NCBI GenBank assembly: GCA_963746845.1
Contig: CAVVCZ010000004.1
Location: forward strand, 896,001-960,000
Direction of reading: 5' to 3'
Source of the DNA: an uncultured Chloroflexia bacterium
GTDB taxonomy: Bacteria; Chloroflexota; Limnocylindria; Limnocylindrales; CSP1-4
DNA: 64,000 bases
Shown here piece after piece: positions 39,457 through 51,401 of the stretch. The notes beneath the pieces were generated by a model. It did not search any database, had not been told where the DNA came from, and saw nothing but the letters and a program-made list of their open reading frames with translations. Position numbers and translations under genes: made by a program. The first letter of the stretch is position 1. Each line of letters begins with the position of its first letter.

Positions 39457-41313
39457 CTACCCCTCGAGCGTCGCCTTGATCCGCTCGGCGAGGGCCGGCC
39501 CGATCCCGGGCACCGCCGCGATCTGCTCGACCGGCGCGTCCCGGACCCGCTTGGCCGAGCCGAAGACACGCAGCAGCGCGCGCCGGCGCTTCGGGCCGAC
39601 GCCCGGAAGGTCGTCGAACGCCGAGTGGGTCTGGCGCTTCGAGCGCAGGTCCCGGTGGTACGTGATCGCGAACCGATGCGCCTCGTCGCGCAGCCGCTGG
39701 ACGAGGTACAGCGCCGCCGAGGTCGGCGGCAGGACGACCGGCACCGACGATCCGGGCAGGAACAGCTCCTCGCGCTCCTTGGCCAGGCCGGCCATCGGCA
39801 GGTCGTGGAGCCCCAGCTCGTCGAGGACCTCCTTCGCGGCGCTGACCTGGCCCTTCCCCCCGTCGATGATCACGAGGTCCGGCATCGCCCAGCGAAGCGC
39901 CTCCTCGGCGCCCTCGTCCCCGGCCTTCGCCCGGCGGAACCGCCGCCGGAGCACCTCCTGGTGCGACGCGAAGTCGTTCGCCCCGATGACGGTCCGGATC
40001 TTGAACCGCCGGTACTCGCCCGGACGCGGCCGGCCCTCCTCGAACACGACCATCGATCCGACCGAGTCCGACCCCTGGACGTTCGAGATGTCGTAGCACT
40101 CGATCCGGAGCGGCGGCCCGGCCAGCGCGAGCGCCTCGGCCAGCTCCTCCAGGGCCGCCAGGGTCTTGCCCTCGTCGGCGAGCCAGCGCGCGTGCTCGCG
40201 GGCCAGCGTCTCGGTCGCGTTCTGGGTCGCCAGCGCCATCAGCTCGCGCTTCTCGCCGCGCTGCGGAACGGACAGATGGACCGGTCCCCCGCGACGCAGG
40301 GCGAGGAACGCTTCGAGGTCGGCCGTGTCGGGCAGGGCGAGCGGCACGAACAGCGCGGGCGGCACGGACGTCGCGCGCGCGTAGAACTGCTCGAGGAAGC
40401 TGGACAGGACCTCCTCGTCGGAGGCCTCGCGGACGGCGTCGAGCAGGAACACGTCGCGCCCGATCATCTTCCCGCCGCGGATCGCGAACAGCTGGATCGC
40501 CGCCTGGTTGTCCTGCCGCGCCAGCCCGACGAGATCCAGCTCGGTCCGCTTGAACGCGGCCATCTTCTGGCTCTCCATCGTCCGCTCGATCGCCCGGATC
40601 TTGTCGCGGATCGCGGCCGCCCCCTCGTAGTCCGTCCGTTCGGACGCCGCCTGCATGTCGCGCCCCAGCGCCTTCACGACCGACTCCTGGCGGCCCTCGA
40701 GGAACAGCTGGATCTGCTCGATCTGGGCGCCGTAGTCGGCCTTCGAGACGGCCTCGATGCAGGGGCCCTGGCAGCGCTTGATGTGGTACAGCAGGCACGG
40801 CCGGGCGAGCGCACGCTCACCGTCGTGGATGTCGATCGTGCACGTCCGGAACGGGAACAGCCGGCGGACGAGGTTCATCGACTCGTCGACCGAGCTCGCC
40901 GACGCATACGGCCCGAAGTAGCGGCTGCCGTCCTGGACGAGCTTCCGTGTCCGCTCGACCCGCGGGAAGTCGTCGGCCATCGTGATCTTGATGTACGGGT
41001 AGCTCTTGTCGTCCTTGAGCCGGACGTTGAACCGCGGCCGGAACCGCTTGATCAGGTTGGCCTCGAGGAGGAGCGCCTCGCTGACCGAGTCGGTGATCGT
41101 GTACTCGACGTCGACGACCCGATCGATGACCGACCGGATCCGGTGGCCCTCGAGCGGGCCCTGACCGGTCTGCTTCTGCCAGTAGCTCCGGACGCGGCTC
41201 TTCAGGCTCTGCGCCTTGCCGACGTACACGACGTCGCCGCGCGCGTCGCGCATCAGGTAGACGCCGGGCCGGTCAGGGAGCTTGCGGAGGGTCGCCTGGA
41301 GCTCGGGGGTCAC
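39457..41313 (-). CDS. uvrC: Excinuclease ABC subunit C
   Basis: GVY..YVGKA GIY-YIG, IECYDIS, IDGGKGQ, RDEAHRFA, HhH. Confidence 0.98.
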   Translation of the reverse strand: MTPELQATLRKLPDRPGVYLMRDARGDVVYVGKAQSLKSRVRSYWQKQTGQGPLEGHRIRSVIDRVVDVEYTITDSVSEALLLEANLIKRFRPRFNVRLKDDKSYPYIKITMADDFPRVERTRKLVQDGSRYFGPYASASSVDESMNLVRRLFPFRTCTIDIHDGERALARPCLLYHIKRCQGPCIEAVSKADYGAQIEQIQLFLEGRQESVVKALGRDMQAASERTDYEGAAAIRDKIRAIERTMESQKMAAFKRTELDLVGLARQDNQAAIQLFAIRGGKMIGRDVFLLDAVREASDEEVLSSFLEQFYARATSVPPALFVPLALPDTADLEAFLALRRGGPVHLSVPQRGEKRELMALATQNATETLAREHARWLADEGKTLAALEELAEALALAGPPLRIECYDISNVQGSDSVGSMVVFEEGRPRPGEYRRFKIRTVIGANDFASHQEVLRRRFRRAKAGDEGAEEALRWAMPDLVIIDGGKGQVSAAKEVLDELGLHDLPMAGLAKEREELFLPGSSVPVVLPPTSAALYLVQRLRDEAHRFAITYHRDLRSKRQTHSAFDDLPGVGPKRRRALLRVFGSAKRVRDAPVEQIAAVPGIGPALAERIKATLEG

Positions 41314-41409
41314 CCACCGATGCTAGGGCACGCGGCGCCAGGACGCGGGGAACGATGAAGTGCGGCGGCCGGACGTGTCCCCGTCGTCGGGCCGCCGCAG
41401 GTGCATGCG

Positions 41410-42898
41410 TCAGTGCCTCGGCGAGCCCTTCCCGGACCGGCACGAGCCACCGTGGGCCCGGACGTCCAGCGTGAAGCTCCCGAAGGCCTTCCCGTTGACG
41501 CTGACGACGGCCTGGTAGCAGCCGGGTCGGAGACCGCCGAGCCAGAGGTGTCCGGCCCACCGCCCGTCGTGCCGGTGCAGAGTCAGGGTCCGCGTGGACC
41601 CTCCCCCGGCGCAGGACGCGACGGTCAGGACGACGCGGCCGCTCTTGACGGCCTTGCCGTCGAGCGTGAGCCGGACCTTGACCGGGAGCTCGCGGGCGCC
41701 GCGGACGACGACGGTCCCCGGGGCGTGGATCGGCTGCAGCCACCAGGCGTGGGCGCCGGGCGCAGGTGGGTTGGCCGGTGGGACGACGGGCGGGACCACG
41801 GGCGGCGGCGGTGCGCCGACCGGAGGCGGATCAGTGACGGGCGGGGTCGGCGGCGGGTCGATCACCGGGGGCGGCGGCGGCACGAACGCGACGTGGGCCG
41901 TGAACGACGCCGACGCGCTGTTGCCACTTGCGTCCCGGGCCGTACAGGTGACCGTCGTGTCCCCGACGGGCAGCGCGGACCCGGACGCCGGCAGGCAGGC
42001 CACCGATGGCGATGCGTCGACGACGTCCGTTGCCGTCGGCGAGACATACGTCAGCGTCGCTGACGTGCCCGACGTCGTCAGGTTGACGTCAGCCGGCATC
42101 CCCGAAAGGAGCGGGGCCGTCGTGTCGACGACCGTGATCGTGAAGGAGCCGTTGGCGCTGAGCGAGCCGCTATCGGTCGCGGTGCAGTCGACGGTTGTCG
42201 TTCCGAGCGGCAGGAGCGCCCCAACAGCCGGGCTGCACGTCGACGTCGGATCCACGGCGTCGTCGGGGTCGGTGGCGGCGACCGTGTAGGCCGCGGTCGC
42301 GCCACCGGTCGTGTTGCCTTCGACCGTCGAGTCGGCCGGCAGTTGAAGCGACGGCGGCAGGTTCTGCCGGTGGCGGGGTCGCGACGTCGAGGACGAAGTC
42401 GATCGTCGGGTTCGTGCCGGAGAAGACGCCGGAGTCATTGGCACTCGCCGGGGTCACGGCCCGGTTCCACGAGAACCGGTAGTGATAGTCGAGGCCCTCG
42501 GTCATCGGCGCCGTGACGATGACGTAGAGCGGGCCGGCGACGTAGGGGTCCAGGTCAGTGGGACACGTGGCACCGTCGGCGGGCCATCCACTCGGCATCC
42601 CGAACGTCAGCGTTCCGACGCTGAACCCGCCGCCGGACGGGACTGACCGGGTGCCGGGCGACAACCGGATCGACTGGGTCGCGTCCACGTGGTTTGTCCC
42701 GGAGCACGTCACCACGAAGTAGACGTAGTAGGGGACGTCCTCGCCCGGAGCGACCGTGCCGAGATCGATCGAGCTCTGGAATCCAACGGTCACCGCGTCG
42801 CCGTCGGCGTCGACGCTCTCGGCGGCGACCGACGGGACGGTGAGGAGCGTGATCGCCGCTGCGGCCACGAGGGCCCGTCTGGCGATGGTGAAGCGCAT
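41410..42898 (-). CDS. Secreted HYR-domain surface protein (frameshift ~42367)
   Basis: AGGAG RBS, signal peptide MRFTIARRALVAAAA; two HYR repeats (GTTTVDCTATD, GDTTVTCTARDASGN), Pro-rich linker; split over ORFs 42170..42985 and 41410..42444. Confidence 0.75.
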
Positions 42899-43094
42899 CG
42901 AGGTCGACTCCTGAGCAGTCGGAGGCGGCAGCAAGGCGGCCGGAGCCGGATCGTCCGGTGCCGGGTCCCGACCGTCGATGGCCAATTCGGGGGGTTCGGT
43001 GACGAGGTGCGCCGCCCAGGAGTACCGCCCGCTGGTGCGTGCGCGCCCTCACGGGGCCCCGCCGGGCCCGGGATTCGGCCGGCTCGGACAAGCA

Positions 43095-43121
43095 GAAGTC
43101 CCGTCACGTGGACGGGACTTC
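43095..43121 (-). terminator. Perfect 11-bp hairpin upstream of the HYR gene (possible terminator/attenuator)
   Basis: GAAGTCCCGTC-N5-GACGGGACTTC, followed on the minus strand by TGCTTGT. Confidence 0.5.
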
Positions 43122-43245
43122 CGCATCCCCCTCTTGTGCGTCTGCGGGTCACCCGGAGGGCAGGACCTCGAGGCGATCCGCGCTGACGGCACGGCCAGTG
43201 TGCTCCGGCAGTGGCCGCGGGTCGTTGCCGGTCGGTTGACGTCCC

Positions 43246-43318
43246 GTCAACAGGCCGTGAAGGGCCGCGGAAGGGTCCGGTGATCGCCGCGTGAGCGGCG
43301 GGTGAGCGCTGGGTGAGC
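43246..43318. repeat. 11-bp-phased direct repeat array
   Basis: GTGA at 43280, 43291, 43302, 43313; degenerate units at 43269, 43257, 43246. Confidence 0.6.
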
Positions 43319-43350
43319 CGTGGTGCACCGTCATCCGCATCGTGGGGTCG

Positions 43351-45016
43351 ATGACGCTCCATCCCTCGGTGGCCGACCGGCTCGACCGGCTCGCACCGGA
43401 CCAGCGGGCGGCCGCGACGGCGCCGCCGGGACCGATCCTGTGCGTCGCCCCCGCCGGCTCCGGCAAGACGACGACCCTCGTCGCCCGGGTCGCCTGGCTG
43501 ATCGCCTCGGGCGCAGCCGCCCCCGAGGCGATCGTCGCCATCACCTTCAACCGGCGCGCCGCGGTCGAGCTGGGCGAGCGGCTCGCCGGCGCGCTCGCGC
43601 CGCTCGACCTGCCCGCCGAAGCGGTCCGGGTCCGGACGTTCCACGCCCTCGGGCTGGAGATCCTCCGGGACGCCGGCGAGCGCGTCGACCCCCTCGTCGA
43701 CCGGCTCGAGGTCCTGCGCCGGATCGCGCCCGATCTCGGACCGGCCGGCTGGCGCCGTCTCGACACCGCGTTCTCCCGGCTGAAGCTCGACGTCGGCGTG
43801 ACCGCGGCGGAGGTCGCGACGGACCCCGAGCCGGGTCCGGTCGCCCGAGCGTTCGTCGCCTACGAAGCCGAGATCACATCCGAAGGCGGCCTCGACTTCG
43901 ACGACCTCGTCGCGCGCTCGCTCCGACGGCTGGAAACCGACGCCGGGGTGCTCGAGCGATGGCGCGCCCGGGCGGCGGACCTCGTCGTCGACGAGGCACA
44001 GGACCTCGACCGGGCACAGCTCCGGCTCGCGCTGCTCCTGGCCGCGCCGGCCAACCGGATCTTCCTCGTCGGCGACGACGACCAGTCGATCTATGGCTGG
44101 CGCCTCGCGGACGTCCGCCGGGTCCTCGGGCTCGCCGACGCCCTGCCGGGGCTCCGGCGGGTCGACCTCGTCGTCAACTACCGCTGCCCGTCGACGGTCA
44201 TCGAGCGATCCGTCCGGCTGATCGAGCACAATGCCGCGCGGTTTGCGAAGTCGATCCGGGCGCGGCCGGACGCGCGCGGCTCGATCGTCCTGGCCGGCGA
44301 CGCATCAGACGAGCCGGTCCGGATGGCGCGCATCCTCGAGCGGTGGCCGGACGACGACGGCACGCGGGCGATCCTCGCGCGGACGAACCGCGAGCTGCTG
44401 CCGGCGATCGCGACGGCGCTGGAGGCGGGCGTGCCGTTCCGCCCGCCGCCGATCGAGCTGCTGATCACGTCGCCGTCTGTCGACGCGTGCCTGGCGGCGG
44501 TCGGGACCGATGACGCCAGGACCTCGGCCCCACTCCTCGCCCGGATCGAGGCGGTCCGCGCTCGCTGGGCGGCCGCGCCGCCCGACCGGGCCGCGGACCC
44601 GGATGTCACCGCCCCGGCCGACGTCGCCGCGGCGGTCCTTGCCTGGGCAGCGCCATTCGCGACCCTGGACGCGCTGCGGGGTGCCGTCGAGGCGCGCCGT
44701 GCGGATCTCGCCCGGCTGTGTGCCGACGACGCGCCGCTCACCTTTGCCACGGCGCACGCGACGAAGGGTCTCGAGTTCGACCACGTGGCCGTGATCGGGC
44801 TCGACGCCGGGCGGTTCCCGAGCGCCCGCTCGCTCGCGGACGCGCCCGACCCGGATGCGGGCGCTCGAGGAGGAGCGGAGGCTCGCCTACGTCGCGTGGA
44901 CGCGTGCCCGTCGGTCGCTCACCCTCGTCTACGACCCGGCGACGCCGTCGCGGTTCCTGCTGGAGGCGTTCGACCCGGACGAGCTCGGCCTTCGGGCCGC
45001 CGAACGGCATGCCTAG
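43351..45016 (+). CDS. Compact UvrD/Rep-family SF1A helicase (frameshift ~44858)
   Basis: APAGSGKTT, VVDEAQD, VGDDDQSIYGWR, NYR, HATKGLEF; motif VI EEERRLAYVAWTRAR lies in the shifted frame, stop at 45016. Confidence 0.88.
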
Positions 45017-45024
45017 ACTGCGCC

Positions 45025-45612
45025 ATGCCCACCCGACGTGACGGGACCGAGCCGATGGTCGCCCACGGCTCTGTCTATCTCCGACCACCCGAGAAGGACG
45101 ACATCCCGCTGTTCGTGACGTGGTTCAACGACTACGCGATGTCGCGGACGCTCGGCATCCGCGCCCCGATGTCGGTCGCGATGGAGGAGCAGTGGTACGA
45201 GCGCTCCGTCGCCGACCAGGGCAAGACCGGCTACCACTTCGTGGCCTGCCTGCTGGAGGACGACCGGCCGATCGGCACGATCGGGCTGTTCGACCTCGAC
45301 CTGCACAACGGCAGCGCCGGGCTCGGGATCTCGATCGGCGCCGCGTCGGACCGGGGACGGGGGCTCGGGTCGGACATGATCCGGGCGCTGGTCGCGTTCG
45401 GCTTCGGCAGCCTCCGGCTGGAGCGGATCTGGCTCGACGTGTTCGACTTCAACCCGGGCGCCCGGCGCGTCTACCAGCGGGTCGGGTTCGTCGACGAGGG
45501 CGTGTCCCGGCACGCGATCTTCCGGGAGGGCCGCTACCGCGATGTCCACCGGATGGCGATCCTGCGCGAGGAGTGGACTGCGCTGCAGCCGGCGGAGGAG
45601 CCGGGCGCCTAG
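45025..45612 (+). CDS. GNAT (RimJ/RimL-like) acetyltransferase
   Basis: VYLRP, RGRGLGS, LERIWLDVFDFN, YQRVGFVDEG; own TAGACT -10 box. Confidence 0.9.
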   Translation: MPTRRDGTEPMVAHGSVYLRPPEKDDIPLFVTWFNDYAMSRTLGIRAPMSVAMEEQWYERSVADQGKTGYHFVACLLEDDRPIGTIGLFDLDLHNGSAGLGISIGAASDRGRGLGSDMIRALVAFGFGSLRLERIWLDVFDFNPGARRVYQRVGFVDEGVSRHAIFREGRYRDVHRMAILREEWTALQPAEEPGA

Positions 45613-45962
45613 CCGATCTCCCGCCGGTTCAGCTGCTTGAGCAGGCGATCGATCGAATCGAGGAACGGCTCCGTCACGGACTCCGGCAGCGCGTCGCGCA
45701 CGGAGTCCTTCGGCCCGAACGCCGCCCGCGCCCGCATCGCGACCTGGCGGAGCCCGCGCGGCTCGTCGTCGCGGAGCCGGTCCGCCATCGGCTCGAAGTA
45801 GGCGAGCCACCGATCCTGGCCGAGCTCGCGCGCGGCGGCGATCACCCGATCCACGTCGCGGGCCGCCGTCAGCGCCGCCTCGTCGACCGCCGGCATCTCG
45901 TGGCGGAGCGGCCCGCGGTTGCCCGTGTGCCGGGCGATGGTGATGGGGCGGTCGTCAGGCAT
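45609..45962 (-). CDS. Hypothetical protein
   Basis: 117-aa ORF with normal composition, start overlapping the upstream gene end. Confidence 0.65.
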   Translation of the reverse strand: MPDDRPITIARHTGNRGPLRHEMPAVDEAALTAARDVDRVIAAARELGQDRWLAYFEPMADRLRDDEPRGLRQVAMRARAAFGPKDSVRDALPESVTEPFLDSIDRLLKQLNRREIG

Positions 45963-46360
45963 CCGGCGCCGTGATCAGGAGCGGCAGGCGCTTCCGCTCG
46001 GAGCCGTTGACGAGGATCCGGAACGAGTAGTCGCCGGGCGTCGTTGAAGGTCAGGTTCCACAGGTCGATCGAGAACGTCAGGACGGCGTCGCGCCCGTCA
46101 CCGTGGCCGCGTGCCACGAGGTTGCCCGTGCCGCCGGCGACCTCGCCGCCGTCCGGGTCGAGGAGGACGAACCGGATCTCGTGCTCGCGGTCGACCTCCG
46201 GCGCGGTGACCATCAGGCCCAGGACGAGGGCGAGGTGCGCGTGCCGCAGCGGGAACGTCCGGCCGCCGATCCGCGACACGCCGCCGCCGAGCACGTGGAA
46301 CTTCTGCCCGGGCTGGGTCTCGGCGGCGTCGGCCAGGAACGCGAACTCGATGTCCGGCAT
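45955..46360 (-). CDS. DUF6941-like protein (frameshift ~46040)
   Basis: AFLADAA...KFHVLGGG, LLDPDG; shifted frame gives PGDYSFRILVNG and stop 45955. Confidence 0.7.
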
Positions 46361-46430
46361 GGCGGGCATCGTACCGCCGGGCTCAGCACCGGGAGTGATG
46401 CCGGCCCGGGAGGGACGAGGTAGCGTGCGC

Positions 46431-49400
46431 CTATCGGCCGGATGCCGCGGCGGCGCGCTTCCGGCTCGGGGCGATCCGGACCCTGGGGCCGTGGCCGTTC
46501 GTGCCGTTGCCCCGGCCGGCCTCCTCGGCGAAGGTCACGTGCGACAGCGGCACGAGCGGCTCGCCGCGGAGCACCCGCGCGAGGTACTCCCCCGTCGCGG
46601 AGCCGCCGGTGGCGGCGACGGTCTCCGGCGTGCCCTCGGCGATGATCCGGCCGCCCCGGGCGCCGCCGTCCGGGCCGAGATCGACGATCCAGTCGGCCGT
46701 CTTGATCACGTCGAGGTTGTGCTCGATGACGAGGACCGTGTTGCCCCCGTCGACGAGCCGATGGAGCACCTCGAGCAGCTTCTCCACGTCCGCGAAGTGG
46801 AGCCCGGTCGTCGGCTCGTCCAGGACGTACAGCGTCCGGCCGGTCGCCCGCCGCGACAGCTCGGTCGCCAGCTTGACCCGCTGCGCCTCGCCGCCGGACA
46901 GCGTCGTCGCGGGCTGGCCGAGGTGGACGTAGCCCAGCCCCACGTCGTTCAGCGTCTGGAGCTTCACCTTCACGTTCGGCACCGCCGAGAAGAAGTCGTT
47001 CGCCTCGGCGATCGTCATCTCGAGCACGTCCGCGATCGACCGACCCTTGTAGTGGATCTCGAGCGCCTCGCGGTTGTAGCGCTTGCCCTTGCAGACCTCG
47101 CACGTGACGTACACGTCCGGGAGGAACTGCATCTCGATCTTCAGGATCCCGTCGCCCTTGCAGTTCTCGCAGCGTCCGCCCTTGACGTTGAAGCTGAAGC
47201 GCCCGGGCTGGTAGCCGCGGACGCGCGCCTCGGGGACGCCGGCGAAGAGCTCGCGGATCGGGCCGAACAGGCCGGTGTACGTCGCCGGGTTCGAGCGCGG
47301 CGTCCGCCCGATCGGGCTCTGGTCGATCTCGATGATCTTGTCGATGTGCTCGACGCCCTTCAGCGACGTGTGGGCACCGACCGGCTCGCGCGACCCGTTG
47401 AGCTCGCGCGCGAGGGCCCGATAGAGCACGTCCGTCACGAGCGTCGACTTGCCGCTCCCGGACACGCCGGTGATCGCCGTGAACGTCCCGAGCGGCACCG
47501 TGAAGTCGATCCCGCGGAGGTTGTGCTCGCGGGCGCCCTTCACGACGAGCTTCTTCAGGTTGCCCTTGCGGCGCTTCGCCGGGATCGGCACGACCCGCTC
47601 GCCCCGGAGGTAGGCGCCCGTGATCGAGCGTGGCTCGGCCAGGACCGTCTCGAGCGGGCCGTTCGCGATGATCTCGCCGCCGTGCTCACCCGCGCCGGGC
47701 CCGATGTCGACCACCCAGTCGGCCGTCCGGATCGTCTCCTCGTCGTGCTCGACCACGAGGACCGTGTTGCCCAGGTCGCGCAGCCGGGTCAGCGTCGCGA
47801 TCAGCTTCGCGTTGTCGCGCTGGTGGAGCCCGATCGACGGCTCGTCGAGGATGTACAGGACGCCCATCAGGGTCGTGCCGATCTGGGTCGCCAGCCGGAT
47901 GCGCTGCGCCTCGCCGCCCGACAGCGTGATCGACGCGCGGTCCAGGGTCAGGTAGTCCAGCCCGACGTCGACGAGGAACCCGAGCCGCGCGCGTGATCTC
48001 CTTGAGGATCTGGTACGCGATCGTCCGCTCGCGCTCGGTCAGGATCTTCGGCAGCCGGGCGACCCAGCTCATCGCGTCCGTGATCGACAGGGTCGCGACG
48101 TCCGAGATGCTCTGCCCGTCGACCGTGACCGCGAGGACCTCCGGCTTCAGCCGCTTGCCGCCGCAGGTGGGGCACGGCCGCGTGACCATGTACTTCTCGA
48201 GCTCGGTCTTGATGTACTCCGAGTCCGTCTCGCGGTAGCGCCGCTCGAGGTTCGTGACGATCCCCTCGAACGTCGCCTTGTAGGTGTTCTCGCCGCGCTC
48301 GTGGCGGTAGCGGACGAGGACCTTCTCGTCCTTCTCCGCGCGGAGGAGGTACTCGATCGCCTCCGCCGGCAGGTCCTTGACCGGCTTCTTGAAGCTCCAG
48401 CCGTGGGCGTCGCAGATCGCCTCGAGGATCTTCAGCCGCCAGGACGCGTCGTTCGGCATCTTCGCCCACGGCACGAGCGCGCCCTGCGCGAGGCTCTTCG
48501 TCCGGTCCGGGATCACGAGGTCCGGGTCGATCTCCAGCCGCGTCCCGAGGCCGGTGCAGGCCGGGCAGGCGCCGTGGGGCGAGTTGAACGAGAAGTTGCG
48601 CGGCTCCAGCTCGTCCATCGTGAACCCGTCGTACGGGCAGGTGAACCGCTCGCTGTAGCGGCGCTCGTCGAACGACGGGCCGTCGTCGTCGCGCGGCGCC
48701 GGCGCGATCAGGACGACGCCCTCGCCGAGCCGGAGCGCCGTCTCGATCGAGTCCGCGAGACGCGATGCGTCCGGGTCCGGGATCACGACCCCCGTCTCGG
48801 GATCGATCGGGCGGCCGTCCGGCGCTCGCTTCGCGCCCTCCGGGGCGTCGGCGTGGCGGACGATGTAGCGGTCGACGACGACCTCGATGCTGTGGCGCTT
48901 GTACTTGTCGAGGGTCGGCGCCTCCGACAGCTCGTACATCTCCCCGTCGACCCGGACGCGGACGAAGCCCTGCCGCCGGGCGCCGTCGAAGACGCGGTCG
49001 CCCTCGGTCTTGCGGTCCTTGATCAGCGGGCCGAGGACGAGCAGCCGGGTCCCCTCGGGCAGGGCGAGGACCTGGTCGACGATCTGCTGGACGCTCTGCC
49101 GCTCGATCGGGTGGCCGTTCGGGCAGTGCGGGTGGCCCGCGCGCGCGAAGAGCAGCCGGAGGTAGTCGTAGATCTCGGTGACCGTCCCGACGGTCGACCG
49201 CGGGTTGCGCGACGCGCCCTTCTGGTCGATCGAGATCGCCGGCGACAGCCCGTCGATCTGGTCGACGTCCGGCTTCTCCATCTGGCCGAGGAACTGCCGG
49301 GCGTAGGCGCTCAGGCTCTCGACGTAGCGGCGCTGGCCCTCGGCGTAGATCGTGTCGAAGGCGAGGCTGCTCTTGCCGCTCCCGGACAGGCCGGTGATGA

Positions 49401-49488
49401 CGACCAGCCGGTCGCGCGGGAACGCGACGGTGACGTCCTTCAGGTTGTGTTCGCGGGCACCGCGGACGACGAGCTGATCCTGGGGCAT
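46431..49488 (-). CDS. uvrA: Excinuclease ABC subunit A (frameshift ~47992)
   Basis: [25 protein letters not shown] twice, Zn fingers; split over ORFs 47686..49488 and 46431..47867. Confidence 0.97.
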
Positions 49489-49520
49489 CTCGAGCCAAGT
49501 CTACGCGATCCGGGACATAT

Positions 49521-49534
49521 CGCACAGACGTTCT
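49521..49534. promoter_or_regulatory. Imperfect LexA (SOS) box upstream of uvrA
   Basis: CGCAC-AGAC-GTTCT, one mismatch to GAAC-N4-GTTC, over the -35 region of a TAGACT promoter. Confidence 0.6.
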
Positions 49535-49612
49535 AACACGTTCGCGACGGATTCCGCGCGGCGGGCACGTATGCTGGCCGCGGTCTGTCACACGAGGGCC
49601 ACGCTCGGCACG

Positions 49613-51401
49613 ATGAGGCTCGGCGGTTCGGTTCGCGATCCGGCCCTGGTGGCGGTCGTCCTCGTGTGCGCGGCGGCCATCCTGTCGATCGCGACGATGG
49701 CCCTGAGCCGGTTCCTGATCCCGCCGAGGACGCCGGGATCTCGAGCGAGGCCTGGCCGTGGACGGCCGACGGGGTCGCCGTCGAGCCGTTCGATGGCGCA
49801 TCTCCGTTCCGTGCTGGGCGACGTGGTCGTCGCGATCGACGGCCGGCCGCTGGCCGGTCTGGGCGGGCGAGGCGCTCGAACCGCCGTGGGCCCTCGCGCC
49901 CCGGTCGCTCGGCTCGACCGCCGACATCGAGGTGATCCGCGACGGCCGGCCGGTGACGGTCACGGCGTCCCTCCAGCCCCTGCCCGTCTCCCGGTTCGGC
50001 GGCGCACCCCTGGCGCTCGTCGCGTTCGCGACTCGGGGCGATCCTCCTGGCGCTGACGATGATCGCCCGGCGGCCGCGCTCGATGGCGCTGCGCCTGATC
50101 GCGGTCGCGGTGGCCTGCGACATCGCGGACATCGTCGCGTGGGAGGTCGGCCTGCAGCCGACGGACCTGGTCGCCCGCAGCCCGTTCCTGTACGCGTTCG
50201 GGTTCGGGGCCGTGTTCAGCCTGATCTTCTGGGCCGCGCTGCTGCACCTGCTGCTGATCTATCCGGTCCGGGCCCGCTGGCTCGTCCGGCGGCCGCGGTC
50301 GATCGGGCTCGTCTACGGCCTGCCGCTCGGGGCCCTGGCGGTCGGCGCCATCGCGGCCGGGCTGGCCGGCGGCAACACGCTGAGCTGGCTGGCGCGTCTG
50401 GGCCCACTGACCGGCGCGCTCGTGTCGGCGATGATCGTGGCCGTCCTCGTCGCGATCGTCGCGGACTACCGACGGACTCCCGCCCCGCGACGCTCCCAGG
50501 TCCGGCTGCTGGCCGTGACGATGTTCGTGGCCGCCGGGCGCGATCCTCGTGCTCACGAGCCTGCCGATCGCGCTCGGCCGGCCCCCGCTGGCATCGCGCG
50601 GTGCCGTCGCCCTGCTCGCCCTCCCCGTGATCGCGGCGCTCGCGCTCGCGGTCCTCCGGGATCGCCTGTTCCAGGTCGACCTGCTCGTCACGAGCCGGGC
50701 CCGGATCGTGGCGGCCCGGGAGGAGGAGCGGCTGCGGCTGCGGCGGGAGCTGCACGACGGGGTCGGACCGACGCTCGCGGCGCTCGGGTTGAAGATCGAC
50801 GCCGCGCGGGCCGCCGCGACCGGTGACGACCCGCCGTCCGCCGGCCCGATCCTCGACGAGATGCGGAGCGACGTCCGGGCGGTCCTCGGCCAGGTCCGTG
50901 GGCTGGCCCGGGACCTCCGGCCGCCCACGCTCGACACCCTGGGGCTGGTCGGCGGGCTGCGTCAGCAGGTCGAGGCGATGACGATCGGCGGTCCCACGCG
51001 GGTCGAGGTCGTCGCCGATCCCCTCCCCGAGCTCCCCGCGGGGATCGAGGTCGCGGCCTACCGGATCGTCGTCGAGGCCGTCACGAACGTCCTGCGCCAC
51101 GCCGGCGCCCGGACGGCGACGGTGCGGATGACGGTCGACCACGACCAGCTGCGGATCGCGGTCGACGACGACGGGATCGGCGTCGACGATATCGCCATCG
51201 GGGTCGGCACGCGGGCGATGTACGAGCGGGCGGCGGAGGTCGGCGGAGAGCTGACGATCGAGCCGGGCGCCGACGGCGGCACCCACCTGTCGGCGACCCT
51301 GCCGATCGGGAGCCCGTCCTCGGCGGGCGGTCGCCGTCGCCGAGCCCGCCGCGGCCCCGGCGGCCATCCGGCCCGGGCTCACCGGGAGGCCGCTCGAATG
51401 A
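49613..51401 (+). CDS. Membrane sensor histidine kinase (HisKA_3) with PDZ-like sensor; several frameshifts
   Basis: GDVVVAIDG..., multiple TMs, EEERLRLRRELHDGVGP, EAVTNVLRHA, DDGIG. Confidence 0.8.

Noticed and set aside
43342-45612. Apparent helicase-GNAT fusion (756-aa ORF)
   Set aside because: Helicase motif VI and its stop (45016) lie in another frame after an extra base at ~44858; the GNAT has its own promoter and ATG, so the fusion is an indel artefact
47980-48000. Programmed frameshifting or pseudogenisation of uvrA
   Set aside because: No slippery heptamer; both halves are highly conserved; same pattern as many neighbouring indels
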